From Auanema rhodensis (lineage: Eukaryota > Animalia > Nematoda): a DNA stretch of 64,000 nucleotides. The notes under the pieces were generated by a model, which worked only from the letters and a program-made list of their open reading frames with translations, did not search any database and was not told the origin of the DNA. Positions 15,001 through 28,951 of the stretch are shown here, piece after piece. Both the position numbers and the translations under genes were made by a program. The DNA lies in contig OZ059899.1 in NCBI GenBank assembly GCA_964057225.1, forward strand, positions 6,262,001 through 6,326,000, written 5' to 3'. Position 1 is the first letter of the stretch. Each line of letters starts with the position of its first letter.

Positions 15001-16147
15001 GTAATTAGTATTGTAAACATAGATAAACAAATGCTACATCATTGTGAATAATTAAAAATTCAGCAAATCCATGTTTTCTAAGAGGGCTACAAAGCTAAAA
15101 ATATAAAACGAAAGGAATTATCATCATTTCATGTATGAACTATAAATTGTGGGCTACAAGTTAACCTCTCATCCTGCTTTACGTTTTCTTTCTTTCTTTT
15201 TTATTTTTGATAAGGGAGCTTAAAATAGATTTCATCATAACACTGCATCATTCAATCTATCTGTCATTTTCTGCATTCTCAACTCAGTTTAAGGAAATAA
15301 AAAATAGGAGTAAATTCATCTATAAGAATAACGAATTTGCCATTTCTTATAAATAACTTAACATAGTCTATTACCAATCAAACAAAACCATTTTTATATT
15401 TTAGCCGAATTCAAGCGTAACAACGTCAGTTAATGATTGGATGATAAATCTAGAAATTGAATTTACTTCTTTTTTAAAGTCAATATGTAACAAGATTTTG
15501 CTCAACTTATTCATATTTTACGGCTTTTGTGCGACTTAATGAAATACAGGCAACAATGCAAATAAATATTTTTTAAAAATTAAAAAGTTTTAACATCCCT
15601 CCGAAAAATTATTGTGTATAATACACTGGAGCTCCATTATTTCGAAATTCAACTTCAAATCAAATTCAATAGGAAGAGCTTTTAAAAAGTTTTATCTAGT
15701 TGTGCACAAAATACTTATGCTCATTTCCGCATGAATACATCAGTATTTGACACCAACTTTTCTTATTTTTCAATTGTAAATATCAATATTTGTTCTATAC
15801 TTCTGGATAAATGTATAACTCTTGTTCTGCTCGAATTCGTTGAAAATGTTTCGCAAGATAATAACAAAATCAGAATTTTGAAAGCATAAACTAAATAATA
15901 AATAAACAACAAAAAAGGTATTCACCTTTAATCACACAATCATTTCTTCATTTGAACCCAAAACATAGGATTTTCACCCTAATGTTTCTTTAGCCAATGT
16001 ATTATGGAGAATAAATGTATTGTTAAGAATTTTCTGGAATATTTGTTTGCATTTTATTGACAACAATGACAACGAAGATTTTTTACATGCGATAATTCAA
16101 GAAGTGTGAAAGTGAGAGTAAATGCGAAATTATAATAAGTATCATAG

Positions 16148-17834
16148 TTAGCCTTCTCTTTTGCGGATGTTTCGAGATCCGGATTTCTTTTTAAACTCAA
16201 TGGGACCTTTTACCTATAAAAATATCGTTTCAACATATTGCAACCAGATTGAAACTAACTTTTTTCGTTATAGTCTCAGCTACTTTCTCCTTAAACTCTT
16301 GTCTCGGCTCGAATCGCTCTTCTAACTTCTCTTTAGCTTCGCGCTCAGCTTCTTCCTTTGCTTCAGCTTCGCGATATTTAGCGGTGAGAGGAGATTCATT
16401 GCACACTTCACTAAAAGGGTTTTAATTATTAAAAATAAAAATTTGGTAATCACCCACCTTTCATCTTTAATAACTTTCGTCCATTGTCCAAGAGCTGGAG
16501 CTTCATACTTCTTTCTTCTGATTTCTTCAACTAATTGTGCTCCCGGAGCTTCCGGTTCTATTTTCTTTAAACATAAATAGTAGAAGAGAGCATCACATGA
16601 TGAAAATTACCAAAACGGCACCGTCAACATGTATGACTTGCGATGAAACTTCTTTTTTAACATCCGTAGTGGAATGTTCGATTAAAGGATTGCTTTCTAT
16701 GAATTGTTCTGCAAAAGGCTCTTGTGAAACAGGAGCTGCTTCCTCCGCATCTTCGTCAAGTTCTTCAGATTTTATTCTTATAGTTGATTCTAAACGATTA
16801 TGTTGACATGCAAAAAAAAAAAAATTTACTTTGTCCTGGTTGGAAATGTTGAACTTTAGGTAAATCATTATTAGCGCTTGGGACCAAAATTTGAGGAACT
16901 AGAAATTCGGTATTCTTTTTAAACGGCTCTAGTTTCGGCAAATTTAGTGAATCGAGATCAACTTCAGGCTTTTTTTCAATCTCATGTCTGTGTCTTGGTT
17001 TTCGTTTTTTCTTTTTCTTTTCCGGTCCCGATTCCCCTACAGTGTCGTTGACTTCATCTGGATCTCGTCCATTGAGTATAGCATCATATTGCTCTGAGGT
17101 GAAAAAAGTAGCAGGTTTTGTCCAAGTGGTTTCTACATAAGGATATTAAATTTGTTTTTTAATAAGAAAGGATAACCTCCAGAAGTCATATGGAAATAAT
17201 ACTTTCTACCGTAATCGCCTTCAGCCTCAACCCAAACTTTTCCCTCAAATCGAGCATCATATGCACTCATATCTAAATGCTGTTTTCATATCTAATTCTT
17301 AGAAATTAGGGAAACCTTCGACTTTTGGCACTTTTGTTTCAGGTTCGTCATTACCGGACGAAATTACAGGACCAGCCCTTTTTCCAAGTTCCCAGGCCAT
17401 TGATCTAATATCTTTAAAATTTCTTGGATCGAAAAATGATGCTGTAAAGAAAACTTTATGTGGAAAAAAAATATAGGTGAAATTACTTGATGAAGAACTA
17501 GCTTTGTCATTTTTCATAGAAGCTAGAGCAGAACTTTCCATCAATGCTAGGGTAGAGTTCAAAGATGCTTGCTTAAACGATGGCATTTTTTGAAAATTTC
17601 TAGTCTGCTACTCACTTGTCGTGCATCTCTTTCTTGCTGCTTACTATTTTCCCTAAGCGATCTAGCTAAAGCATTTTTATGACGATCTCCTTTTTCGTGA
17701 AAGTCAATTGATGCTTTATTATCAGCAAACCAGCACTAAAATTGATTAACCTTTACTATAGTACGTCATTAAACAAAACGCACCTTGCATATCTGACAAA
17801 ATTTTTTAGCTTGAGACTTCCATACTTCTGTCAT
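16148..17834 (-). CDS. WBP4: WW domain-binding protein 4 / FBP21-like spliceosomal protein (multi-exon)
   Basis: N-terminus MTEVWKSQAKKFCQICK..WFADNKASIDFHEKGDRHK is a U1/matrin-type zinc finger typical of WBP4. WW motif VWVEAEGDYGRKYYFHMTSGETTWTKP. Basic C-terminus IEFKKKSGSRNIRKREG*. Confidence 0.85.
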
Positions 17835-18518
17835 GTTTAATTATAAAATATTTTTATATCTCGTCAAGGTTGAAATACGTTTTTTTCAATATTGAAAAGC
17901 TTAATACTTCCTTATTAATAATTATTTAGGAAAATCTTATAGAGAACAATTCGATTATAACGTTATAATAGATAAAAACGTTCGTTTTCTAAACGAATTT
18001 TATAAGAAAACCATAGTTTTAAAATATTTATAAGACACTCTTCGAATCATAGAAAAAAATTTATAATAGTATGTACAATAGGACATAATTTAAATCATTT
18101 GATTACATCGCAACATTATATGAACCAATTATCAATAGTTAAATAAATACCATCCACCTATTACGGTTTTGGAACACAAAGGAATTCGTACCCATAGTTT
18201 TACATTATGTTTACAAATACGGTAAGTAAAAGTTTAAGTTTTCTACATTATCGGCAAGATTTTTTGTTTAGTTTTCTAACTGGATAGATTATAAATTAGT
18301 TAGAATTTCTTAAATAATATAACGTTTTCCATGCATTGTACTCTTAAATATTAGAATTCATATTACACCAAATAAATCATGGCAACTGATCTATATGGTG
18401 AGTGACAATTATTAGTTTTTCCTAATGATCAAAATGTACAATATGTAAAAAGTAAAATAGTTAGAATAGTTATTACCAGCAATTGAGGAACGATCGATGC
18501 TGTTAGTGATAGCGCACC

Positions 18519-21500
18519 TCATAATGGATCATAATCTTGGTCATCCTGTAAAATTGGTCCTCCAAGAAACTCCTCAAGCGTAATTTGTGGGTTTTTAGAA
18601 GTACTTCCTGCTTTAGCCGATGATTTCTTTTTTAATTTTGTCATGCCATCCTTGCTTTTAGTCTTTCTCTCTGTTCCACTTTCAATAGTTTTCTTTTTTT
18701 TCTTCTTCGGTTTTTCTTCACCCAGAAGATTCTGTAATAAAAAAGGGATTCCATTCATAATCATATTAGCCTACTGGAATGATCATGGGAACAGGTTGAG
18801 GGGCATTAACAATTGGCTTAGAATCTGAAGTTATTGGTAACTTGACTCCGATTTCTTCATCAGATGATTCGACAGTTACTTGAAAATTAATCTATAACAA
18901 CATGAGATACATTTCAACAGAAATTGTGTATGATACCTTTGAACAAGCTGTGCTCTCCTCTTTTCCAAGCCATTCATCTAAATCTTCAGTTGTAAAAGCA
19001 GAACAACTCTCTGTTGGTTCTGTGATGCTATTAACAACAGGCAACTATAATAAGTGATTATTTATGGAATAGAAAACGGTGTAAACAAAGGCAAATTTGG
19101 ATTCTTCTCATTTCGAAGATATAAGAAAGATACAGGGCCAAAATAATAATATACAACTTTGAACAGAATATATAAACGGCTTTCTTTGTATAATTATTGT
19201 TTTAATAACTTTGATTAATTCCAATAATTACTCAGAATTTTTATTATATTTTATTTTATTTTACCTCTTCTGTTATAGGACTGCTCTGAGTAGTATACGT
19301 AATAGGACAGTCTGAATCGGTTCTATCAGGTGTTATGTACTCCTCATTAGATGAATCAGCATTATCACTTTCAAGGTTAACATGGTATGCTAAAAAACAT
19401 GGTAGAGATGTATGATAGAAAACAAACAAACCTGGTGGTGTTACAGATGGTGGAGGAGGTTCATGAAATTTCAAAACAGTACTTTTTTTTACTTTTTTCT
19501 GTTCCACAGCCATTTTAGACATTTTTTCATTAAGATCATCATCCGCATAAAAATCTTCCTCGAAAGTTCGTACCATTGTATTACCGAAATTTTCACTGAA
19601 AAATTCAAATAGAAAATTGAATAAATTATATAACCTACTCATCACTAGCACTAGGACGATGAATGGGTAATGTAGCAGGCCGTTTAGCTTTTTCTAAATT
19701 TTCAGAACTATCTAAGAACTGATTAATACTGTCATCCTCATCCTCATCATCATCAACTCCGAGCATTTCAAATGAATCTTTTCGTGCCTCCTTATTTACA
19801 GGTGACCGTTCTGAAGAGAGGACGACTTTAAAGTATTAAAGCTAATACATTTTCTCACTCGTGATAGTTGAATCAGCTGTTTCAGCTACAGAAGCATCGG
19901 ACGGTTTGCGACTTGTTCTAAAATGCACAATCAGTATACAAACTAAACAGTAAAAATACTTTTCAGGCGACAGATTTTGACCAGGTATTGGCTGTCCCCC
20001 ACCCATTACTCTTCCCGAAGGAGTTACCGAAGAAGCCTTCACTCCTTGGCTTTCGGCCACTTGACGACGTCGTTGAGTTACAGCATCCATAAACTTATCA
20101 TAATCAGCTTCAGGAGTCTCTTGATAGCAATCTAATTCAGTATAACTAGAGATAATTTCAGTCTTATTTCGCTCCAATTGTAATTTTAAAGTATTTCGCT
20201 AAAAAAGAACTATAAAATAATATATTTGTACTTAAACAAACTTGTAAACATAAGAAAGGAATGTTGAAGAATAAATGTACAAGGCGTAATCCAAAAGCAT
20301 TTCTCATCGATGATGCAGTCCACCGTACTCTTGGAGATCCATCGGGCATAGAATTTGATCTAAATATATAAAAACCATTATTTTAAAGTTCAAACAAAAT
20401 ATTATCGTTTATGGCTATTTATATTTGTAAAACTGCTTAAACTATTTGCGATTACTTACATATTTATTGAAAAAAATGTAAAACATATACTCAAATTTGC
20501 TTGACAAAACCCGATTAGTTCATATAATAAAGCATTCTACAAATGAATCGTTACAAATTACGATTCTGGTGGAGGCGGTACTGCAATAACAGAATAATCC
20601 AAAGATTCGCTTTGTCTTTCAATATCAGCGAATTCTGATCTATTTAATCCGCAACAACTACTTATGTCTACATTGCCACCATGAATAAGGTGAAGTTTTG
20701 TTACAATATATACATCACCCCTACAATATGGACACCTTGCATTAGAAAACCCAGTCTCCTGGAATGTGGGATAAATATGTACAAACTGGTATATAAGAAC
20801 ACACCTTCCATATCCGAAATAGGCAACAACAACAAACTAAATGTCCACATTCCAACTTTCGATTACTCCAGTTGGTATCGCATATATTACACATTTCCAC
20901 TGTTAAAGATACTTCAGCAGAAGAAGGTTCATCCCCTTCTTTAGTTATTCCATTTAAATCATTGATAGGCTCGGGTTTGCGCTTTGGAAGCCCTACAGGT
21001 TCAAAGAACAGGCGGCCCAGAGCAACAATGAATATGACAAGTGAAATTGTTTGGTCAACCTACAATTTATCATAGGGGAAAAGCAAAAATGTAACAGAAA
21101 TTACTTTAAGCAAAATCAAGAGAGGGATACCTTTGCCTGCATATTCAGGCAAATAGAACTGAGTTATAACCATAATTGTCACAATTGATTGGAGCAAAGT
21201 CATACATGACAAAGCTAGTGATAAGCTCAAAAGAACACGGTGAGCTCTTCGAGAGGATCTAACAACCCATCCTTTTCCTCTAATTTTACCGGTTCTTACG
21301 TCTATCTGCAAGAAACATCCAAATCCTTGCAAAATTGAAAATATACCAAACCTGTACTCTACCTGCTGATACAAGGTAATGATATAAACAGGCTGACCAA
21401 AATGTAAGAACAAATATTATGGCAGAAAGATGAATAGCTAGTGTACGATCAGTTTCCGCCCAATCAGTTACGGCTATTCCTTTAAGAGTTTGAATTACTC

Positions 21501-22964
21501 GCAAAGTTCAAAGAGCTATGCTCTTGGTCTAATGACGAACCTGGCCAATGAGCAAAAGCAATACCGTACAAACACAGGGCCGAGCCATGTCTTAGAAGAA
21601 AAGACCAAGGTACAGCTGTCAAATTGAATTGATCGTAAGTAAAATAAGGTAGACAGAAACCGCTCATCTAGAAGTTGAATCTCCACATTGAATAGTTAAC
21701 TTTCGGAATCAACACTAAGATCGATAACAGTGCCACCCTATCTTATCTCTGGGAAGAGGTTAACGAAGATAGTGAGAAGAGGAAGAAAACAGTCAGGCAA
21801 TATTGTTATAGTACCAGGCGCAAACAGAAACACTAACATATATAAAGTTCGAACCCGAAAATAGTATTGATTATTTATTCACTTTTGCTCGAATGGAAAA
21901 GTGAGATAGTGAGAAAATGGTTAGTGAGAATAGGCGGAGAAAACTAGAAAAGAGATTGAAACAACAGGTTTCAGTACTTTCCTTTGAAAACAAGCTATTG
22001 AATTGGTGAGTCTCTTTGATGAAAAGAATCTTTTTTTCAAATAACCTCGTAATATTTGTAATTTAATTTCTTTAACTTTCAAGATTTTCTCTATATTTGG
22101 TAAGTGCTAGTTTCGAAACTGATCAGCTATCATGCATGAATAAGTCAAAGTCATAAAAAACTAACTTATTGAATGAATCCACAAAACTATCGCACATCTC
22201 ATCTGTAACCACACGATGGTGACCCATATCTCTTCTGTTAGCAAGGATAATAACCTTAACAGGTGGAGTTATAGTTATAGTTCTCAATTATATATACTGG
22301 GATGGTATCCGGTATATGGTTAATTTCCTTCTGAACATATTCCCAAGTCCATTGCTTCGTTAAATCGAACATTAGAACTATTCCATGAGCACCCTTATAG
22401 ACATCAACAAATCGGGCATCACATATGGCATCTTCGAGTGACTAAAAAAATTAATTTTTTTTTAAATACATTATCAATTAATTACATCCTCAGCAGGAGA
22501 CGAAGAATTATTCTGTGAATTGTTACTAAGCTTGAGCTTATCATTTTTTATCCGTTTTTTGGTACTTTGATCAACTATATCCCATACATCAACTTTAACA
22601 ACATCATCAGTTGCTTTGTAATTCCAGTGTATATTTACAACCTGGATAATTTCAAAATGAAAAGTGAGTTCTACCGTAAAATATACCTGAATCTCTTCTG
22701 TGGGCACGTACTCCTCACAAAATGATAAGCCTTGCAGCCGCTTTAAAAGACATGTTTTGCCTACATTTCGATCGCCGCGTATAACTATTTTCACTAAAGA
22801 AAATTTGAATATTCTTTAATACATAAACACGTACTATTATACTGAACCCCACGAGCATATTTCTTTTGTAATTCATTATCAACTCGTGAAACTCCTGGAG
22901 GCATTACTGGATGAGCAGTGGAATCCTTATCTCCCCCCAACTTTCGTCGAAGCGCAGAAATCAT
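18519..22964 (-). CDS. RABL6: Rab-like protein 6 (RBEL1/PARF), multi-exon; one intron of about 1.8 kb (20360-22165) hosts a nested gene
   Basis: [28 protein letters not shown] (G1), [64 protein letters not shown], and a Lys-rich tail ending LEEFLGG...DYDPL*. TTCAG lies directly before the ATG. Confidence 0.93.
20558..21667 (-). CDS. Multi-pass transmembrane protein with a C-terminal C3HC4 RING finger (putative membrane E3 ligase), nested in the RABL6 intron
   Basis: Five exons joined by four short GT..AG introns give an open protein of about 300 aa. About 4 hydrophobic segments precede [42 protein letters not shown]. ttctag precedes the ATG, the stop is at 20558, and a minus-strand AATAAA is at 20463-20468. 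Confidence 0.85.
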
Positions 22965-23104
22965 CTGAATACATAAATTCTGAATAATTTTTAAATTTAT
23001 TGAAAGTAGTAAGGGTGATAAACCCATTAAAGTAAAAAACGTAAACGTGAAGAAATCATGGATATTATTGAGCATTAGTAACAACAAATAACAACATAAT
23101 GCAA

Positions 23105-24039
<935 letters not shown>

Positions 24040-24406
24040 TGTAAAGGAAGGGAAAGCAAATGAAGGTTTGCGGGGTATAAGAAGAAACTTCTTCAAATTT
24101 TTCAAAGTATAACAACCTGCCAGAATCTATAAAAAATACAAAAAATATATACAAAAATATATATACATATAATTAGCTAGTATCATGCTTACATAAGTCG
24201 TTCACTTAACATGAAGCTTTATTAAGAAAAGAACGTTCAAGGAAAAATAATCCATAACAAGTAGAAAGCTAAGCGTGGGAATAAGTAACTGACGTTAGTT
24301 TGCGTCCACAATTTTGAAAAAATTCTCTGCATAGAGGTAACTGGTGTCACAAGTTTTGTTATTATCAGCAATGGAATCAACTTAATGTGGTTTCATACCA
24401 CACATA

Positions 24407-25129
24407 ATGGCGTTTTTGCGATCGATACTCGAGAAAATTACTAATATCAATAAGAATAAGGTATATTCTAATATTTTATGATTAAAAAGTACTTTTTTAG
24501 TACCCTGTGCCGCATATTGAAGGAGCTGAACTCGTAGTTGTGGATTCATCAACACTTTGTTGTCCTATTTGTTATAACGTTTATGGAGCTGTGAGTAATA
24601 ATTTATTCAAAACTTTGTTCTAAGAGTTATAGGTTCCTCTAATTCTCTCTTGTGGTCATACCTTCTGTGAAACATGTATAAAAGTTATTACCTCACGTCA
24701 TCACTTAACAGAAAGAGTAAATAATGAATTGGTACAATTATTCAATATTTTTCTGTTATTCTGTATATTTTAGATGTTTTTCTGTCCTCTTTGTCGTGAT
24801 AGATGCTCTTCCAAAAAAATAGTTAAAAACTATGTTATAGAGGATATTTTGAGTAAGCTTGGTGAAATGCCACGAGAGGAAAAGTCTAAAGAATCTGTAC
24901 AAATAGCTACTCTCAGGCTCTCGGTACTTTTTATTTTGAAATAATTTATAATTTATTGATTCAGAAGCAAAGATTGGAAACAAAATGCCAAGAATTGGGA
25001 TCATCTTTAAGCCGTTATAAGAAAATAGCAGAAGACCAGAAATCAAGAGAATTTCGTAATTATTCATTATTTTTTATTTCTTTCATAATGTATATACTTA
25101 TATCCAAATATTTTGGTACGCCTCGATAA
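24407..25129 (+). CDS. Small C3HC4 RING protein with a coiled coil and a C-terminal TM segment (tail-anchored E3-like), 5 exons
   Basis: Spliced translation: CPICYNVYGAVPLILSCGHTFCETCI...FCPLCR..VKNYVIEDIL, then KQRLETKCQEL, then hydrophobic YSLFFISFIMYILISKYF and GTPR*. Confidence 0.85.
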
Positions 25130-25198
25130 ATTTTTTTAAACTAATTTATTAAAAAAATAACAATCAAATTGATAACAAAGTTAACGAACAAAAAACAA

Positions 25199-28100
25199 CT
25201 AAGCAGCTCTTTTCAAAGCCTTTTTGATGGTCGGGAATACACGACTATATTGTCGCTTTTCCCCAGACGGCAAGGTTGTAGCTAATAGAGCAGTGCTAAA
25301 ATAATAAATATGGATAAATTTTAAAAGTATCAATTCACCTATGGCTATCGCAAATGCTGTGCAATCTCATCAGTGGTAATTCCAAATGTTTAGCGCTCAT
25401 TATAATTTCGGATATTAAAAGAGTAACAATCTAAATAACGTAATATTTTGAAGCAAATGGAAAAAGAAATTTTACTCTGCTAAAATATTTTTCGTGTGTA
25501 ACAATTTGTTGAGCAATCTTAGCACATCCATAATACAGTCTATCCTGTTCTTCCTTAGTTCCACAATTGGAATCGATGGTTTCATTTATCATTCTAAAAT
25601 GCTTAATCAAGCATTGCCTAAAAAAAAGTTTTTTAAGGGAAAGAAAAACACCAACTAACAGATACACAGCGCACTGGTCCTCATTCAGACTATATGAACA
25701 GCAGCGTATAGCATTATACAACAATGAATTCAACACAAGAAGCTTGGAAACTTCATCTTTCTAAAAAATTAATAAAAGTAAAACAATAAAAACTGTAGCA
25801 AACTTTTATATTTATTGTGGCTGCTATTGACAAAGCAAGGCACAGGAGAGTTCTTTCTCCCTTAGCACCCGAAGTAACCTAAAAACCAGAAATATCTAAT
25901 TTCAATATAAAAATTTAAATAACCTTTAGTACTTTATCGAACAAAAGAAGCATATCTTCATTTAATTCTCCACGAGAAACAATTTTATGGCAAGATCCTG
26001 AAATAGTTAATTTATTTTATTTAGCTTTTAGAACACTAATAATACCCAATAATTGAGGAATCTCTGGTTTTACATGATCGTTTAACAAAGCAGTTGTTAT
26101 TCCAACAACGCATTCAGATGAAGCACGTTTATGTTTTCCAAGAATTTTGGCAACTTCTAGTGGCTTCATACGCTTCGCATACATTTCGAGACTGGCAGGA
26201 TCATATTTATAAAGTGTTTCAAACGTATCCCAATTGGATAATAAGTCCAAGGAATATTCCTCTTAAACAAAATAAATTTTAGAATAGTGAAATCAGTGAA
26301 TTAAATACCTAGTTCAAATGATCTAGCGATTGTATTATAGAATAAGAATGCTCTTTTTACTATAATAGTTTGCACAACTCTAAGTGTGGCAGAAATTTCA
26401 CCAGTCAGAATTCTCAGTGCTAATCTAGAAAGCAATAAAAGATGTCAAGAACATATTTTCCACTTTACCTGCATAACTTGTTTTGCATCTCAGCAGGGAA
26501 TGTTAGTTTAGCATATTTTGATCTCCACTTTCTTAATATGATATTATATTATTTATATATTTTATTATTGCATTATATTATTTTTAGAAAATAAAAAAAA
26601 TACCGGGAGAAAGTGGTAAAGAAGGTAAACATAAATGTCGTTAACTCGAGCTGTTGATCATTATAGGTGCATTCATCCTTGTTAATAAGATCGTTCTTAG
26701 CCAAAGGATGAAACAACACCGTTTTAAACTGAAAAAATTAATTTTTCTTCATTTAACATAACATAAGTCGTACCATATCAAGATACGATTCATAAAAGAA
26801 ATCATTTTCATTTTGAACAACATGTACGTATAAACCAGCACTGAAAAGTTATAAATACTATGCAAACAAGTTTTTTTCAACATACTGCATCATATGTGCT
26901 TCTTGACACTCATCAGAACGATGAACAATATATGACAACGAATCTAAATAAGAAACATAAAAAAAATTAAATAACTCATGCTAACAATCTCTTCTCAGAT
27001 CCGGAGGAATTAATATGCAATTGATACATTCAACAATTTGTTCGCGTGAGCAAATTGTGTAGTCATTTTTCAGCTAAAAGATTTAATGACAATTGCCATA
27101 TTTTAAGTAAAAATAGTTACAGTGTTCCTAACAGCTCTCAGCCATATTTTTCGTATACGTATAATTCCTGCATCATCACGTTCGATATCGAAATACGCCA
27201 TTCTTTAACGAAATTATAAAAATGGAACTATAAGCTTTTATATATCACATACTTCATATATTTTGCAGCAATTTTCATACAACGGAAGAAATGCATACTT
27301 TCCATTGTAGCAAATGTTGATATAATTAAAAGGAAAAACATCTGAATACCCAAATTTTAAAATTTAGGGAATACATACAACAAACCTTAATGGCCAAGCC
27401 GGATTGACAGCTTACAAGATCCGAAGGAAGATACTCAAACAATGCCAAAAGTTTTTCCAATGTTGCACAAGGTTCAAACGCATCGCATTTTTTTTTCGGA
27501 AGACTACTGGCGAATTTCTTGATCCAAGCAGTTGAAGAGTCTTTTTTACTAAATATATAAGCTAATACTTGTTTAAACGTTTTAGAAAAGTTCTCACGAT
27601 ACTACACGACGAAGATTTGGTTGTATGCAAGAAATCCACATTGCTACATGTTTCCAATTCTAAATGCAAAAGCAATATAATCGTCAAATTTTAAATCAAT
27701 TACTTTGTCATTTTCCACAGCGGTCTGATAGAGCTCTAGAACACTGGATATCAGGAAAGCGTCAATTCGGGGAAAATTGATGGAGTCTTGATTATCGAAA
27801 ATATTTTTAAAAGCGAGTATGAGCTGAAATTTCATTATACATCTTTCATACTACTAATACAAGCTTACCTCGTCTTTTTCGACAGCAGCTTTGATATAGA
27901 AATCACACAAAGCAGGAACATCAGATTCTTCTATTCCGTACAAGAATGTAGGTAAGTGAGAATTTATGAGATCGTACATCTAAATATCAGAAGTCTTACA
28001 GGTTGAAAAAAAATTATTTACCTGGTCTTTTTCAGAGAATTTAGGATGTCCGAATGGTATATCAGAAGCTTCAACAAATTTATCACCAATTGTGCTGCAT

Positions 28101-28925
28101 TTTTGACCCATCAACACATGAAGACAAGCCATCATTGGGGAAGTATTTAAAGGCTAAACCAAAGATATTTGTTATATAGATTGGGTAAAACTGACCTTTA
28201 CATATAGAGACATCCATAGATCACTAGCATTACAATGTTCGTCAAGTTTTAAAACATATATGTAAATGCGGGCCAAATATAAGGAAATACCTTAAAGCAA
28301 AGATTAAAAAACAATGAAAACTTCAAAACACACCCTTTCGTCCTCCCTTTTTAAATAACTTCGTTTTTATTAATGTTGGAAGTTCTCTATGAATAGCTTC
28401 AAAAAGGTTGTTATGAGTGATGAGGTTAACAGTGGTTAAAAAATATCCCAGAACACATACAATATTTCTAGATTATAACTGATATTAGAGTTTTGCATCA
28501 TTAAACATACTCGATCCTATCTGACAAATCCAAATTTTCATCAATAAGTGAAATAATTTTTTCGAAGTATGCAATTGAAGTTGCTTCTCCCAACTGTAAG
28601 AAGTATGGAGTGAGATAAGAGAGGTCAGATTCCCCGAGAATTATAGAACTCTAAAAATGTTAACAATTATGAGCAAAACTATGCTGTTTTATATACGTCG
28701 GAACTAAGAGCATGAAGAAAAGCGTAAGCAATATCACGGTCATATCCTTTACCGGCTAAGCCGCCAATTTTTTCTTCTCTACACTCTGCGCTGTCTGAGC
28801 AAACATAATTAAATAATAAGGTAAACTCATGACATACTAGATAACAATGCATTCAGTACACAATCGTTGATAGCTTCTGTTGTTAAATTAGGAGCAAGTT
28901 TAGGTATTTTTTTGAAAGGAGGCAT
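25199..28925 (-). CDS. Large helical-repeat protein, probably an Urb2/Npa2-like ribosome biogenesis factor (many short exons)
   Basis: Run of short exons starting MPPFKKIPKLAPN; the first two and last few were translated, and the internal ones were not all checked. The C-terminus CAKIAQQIVTHEKYFSR..LELPLMRLHSICDSH..LLATTLPSGEKRQYSRVF resembles the Urb2 C-terminal domain. The gene is clear but its identity is tentative. Confidence 0.55.
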
Positions 28926-28951
28926 TCTTGAGAGTAACGATTGTATATATC

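Noticed and set aside
20681-21075. Plus-strand ORFs inside the RABL6 intron
   Set aside because: They are antisense shadows. The minus strand gives a coherent spliced TM-RING protein.
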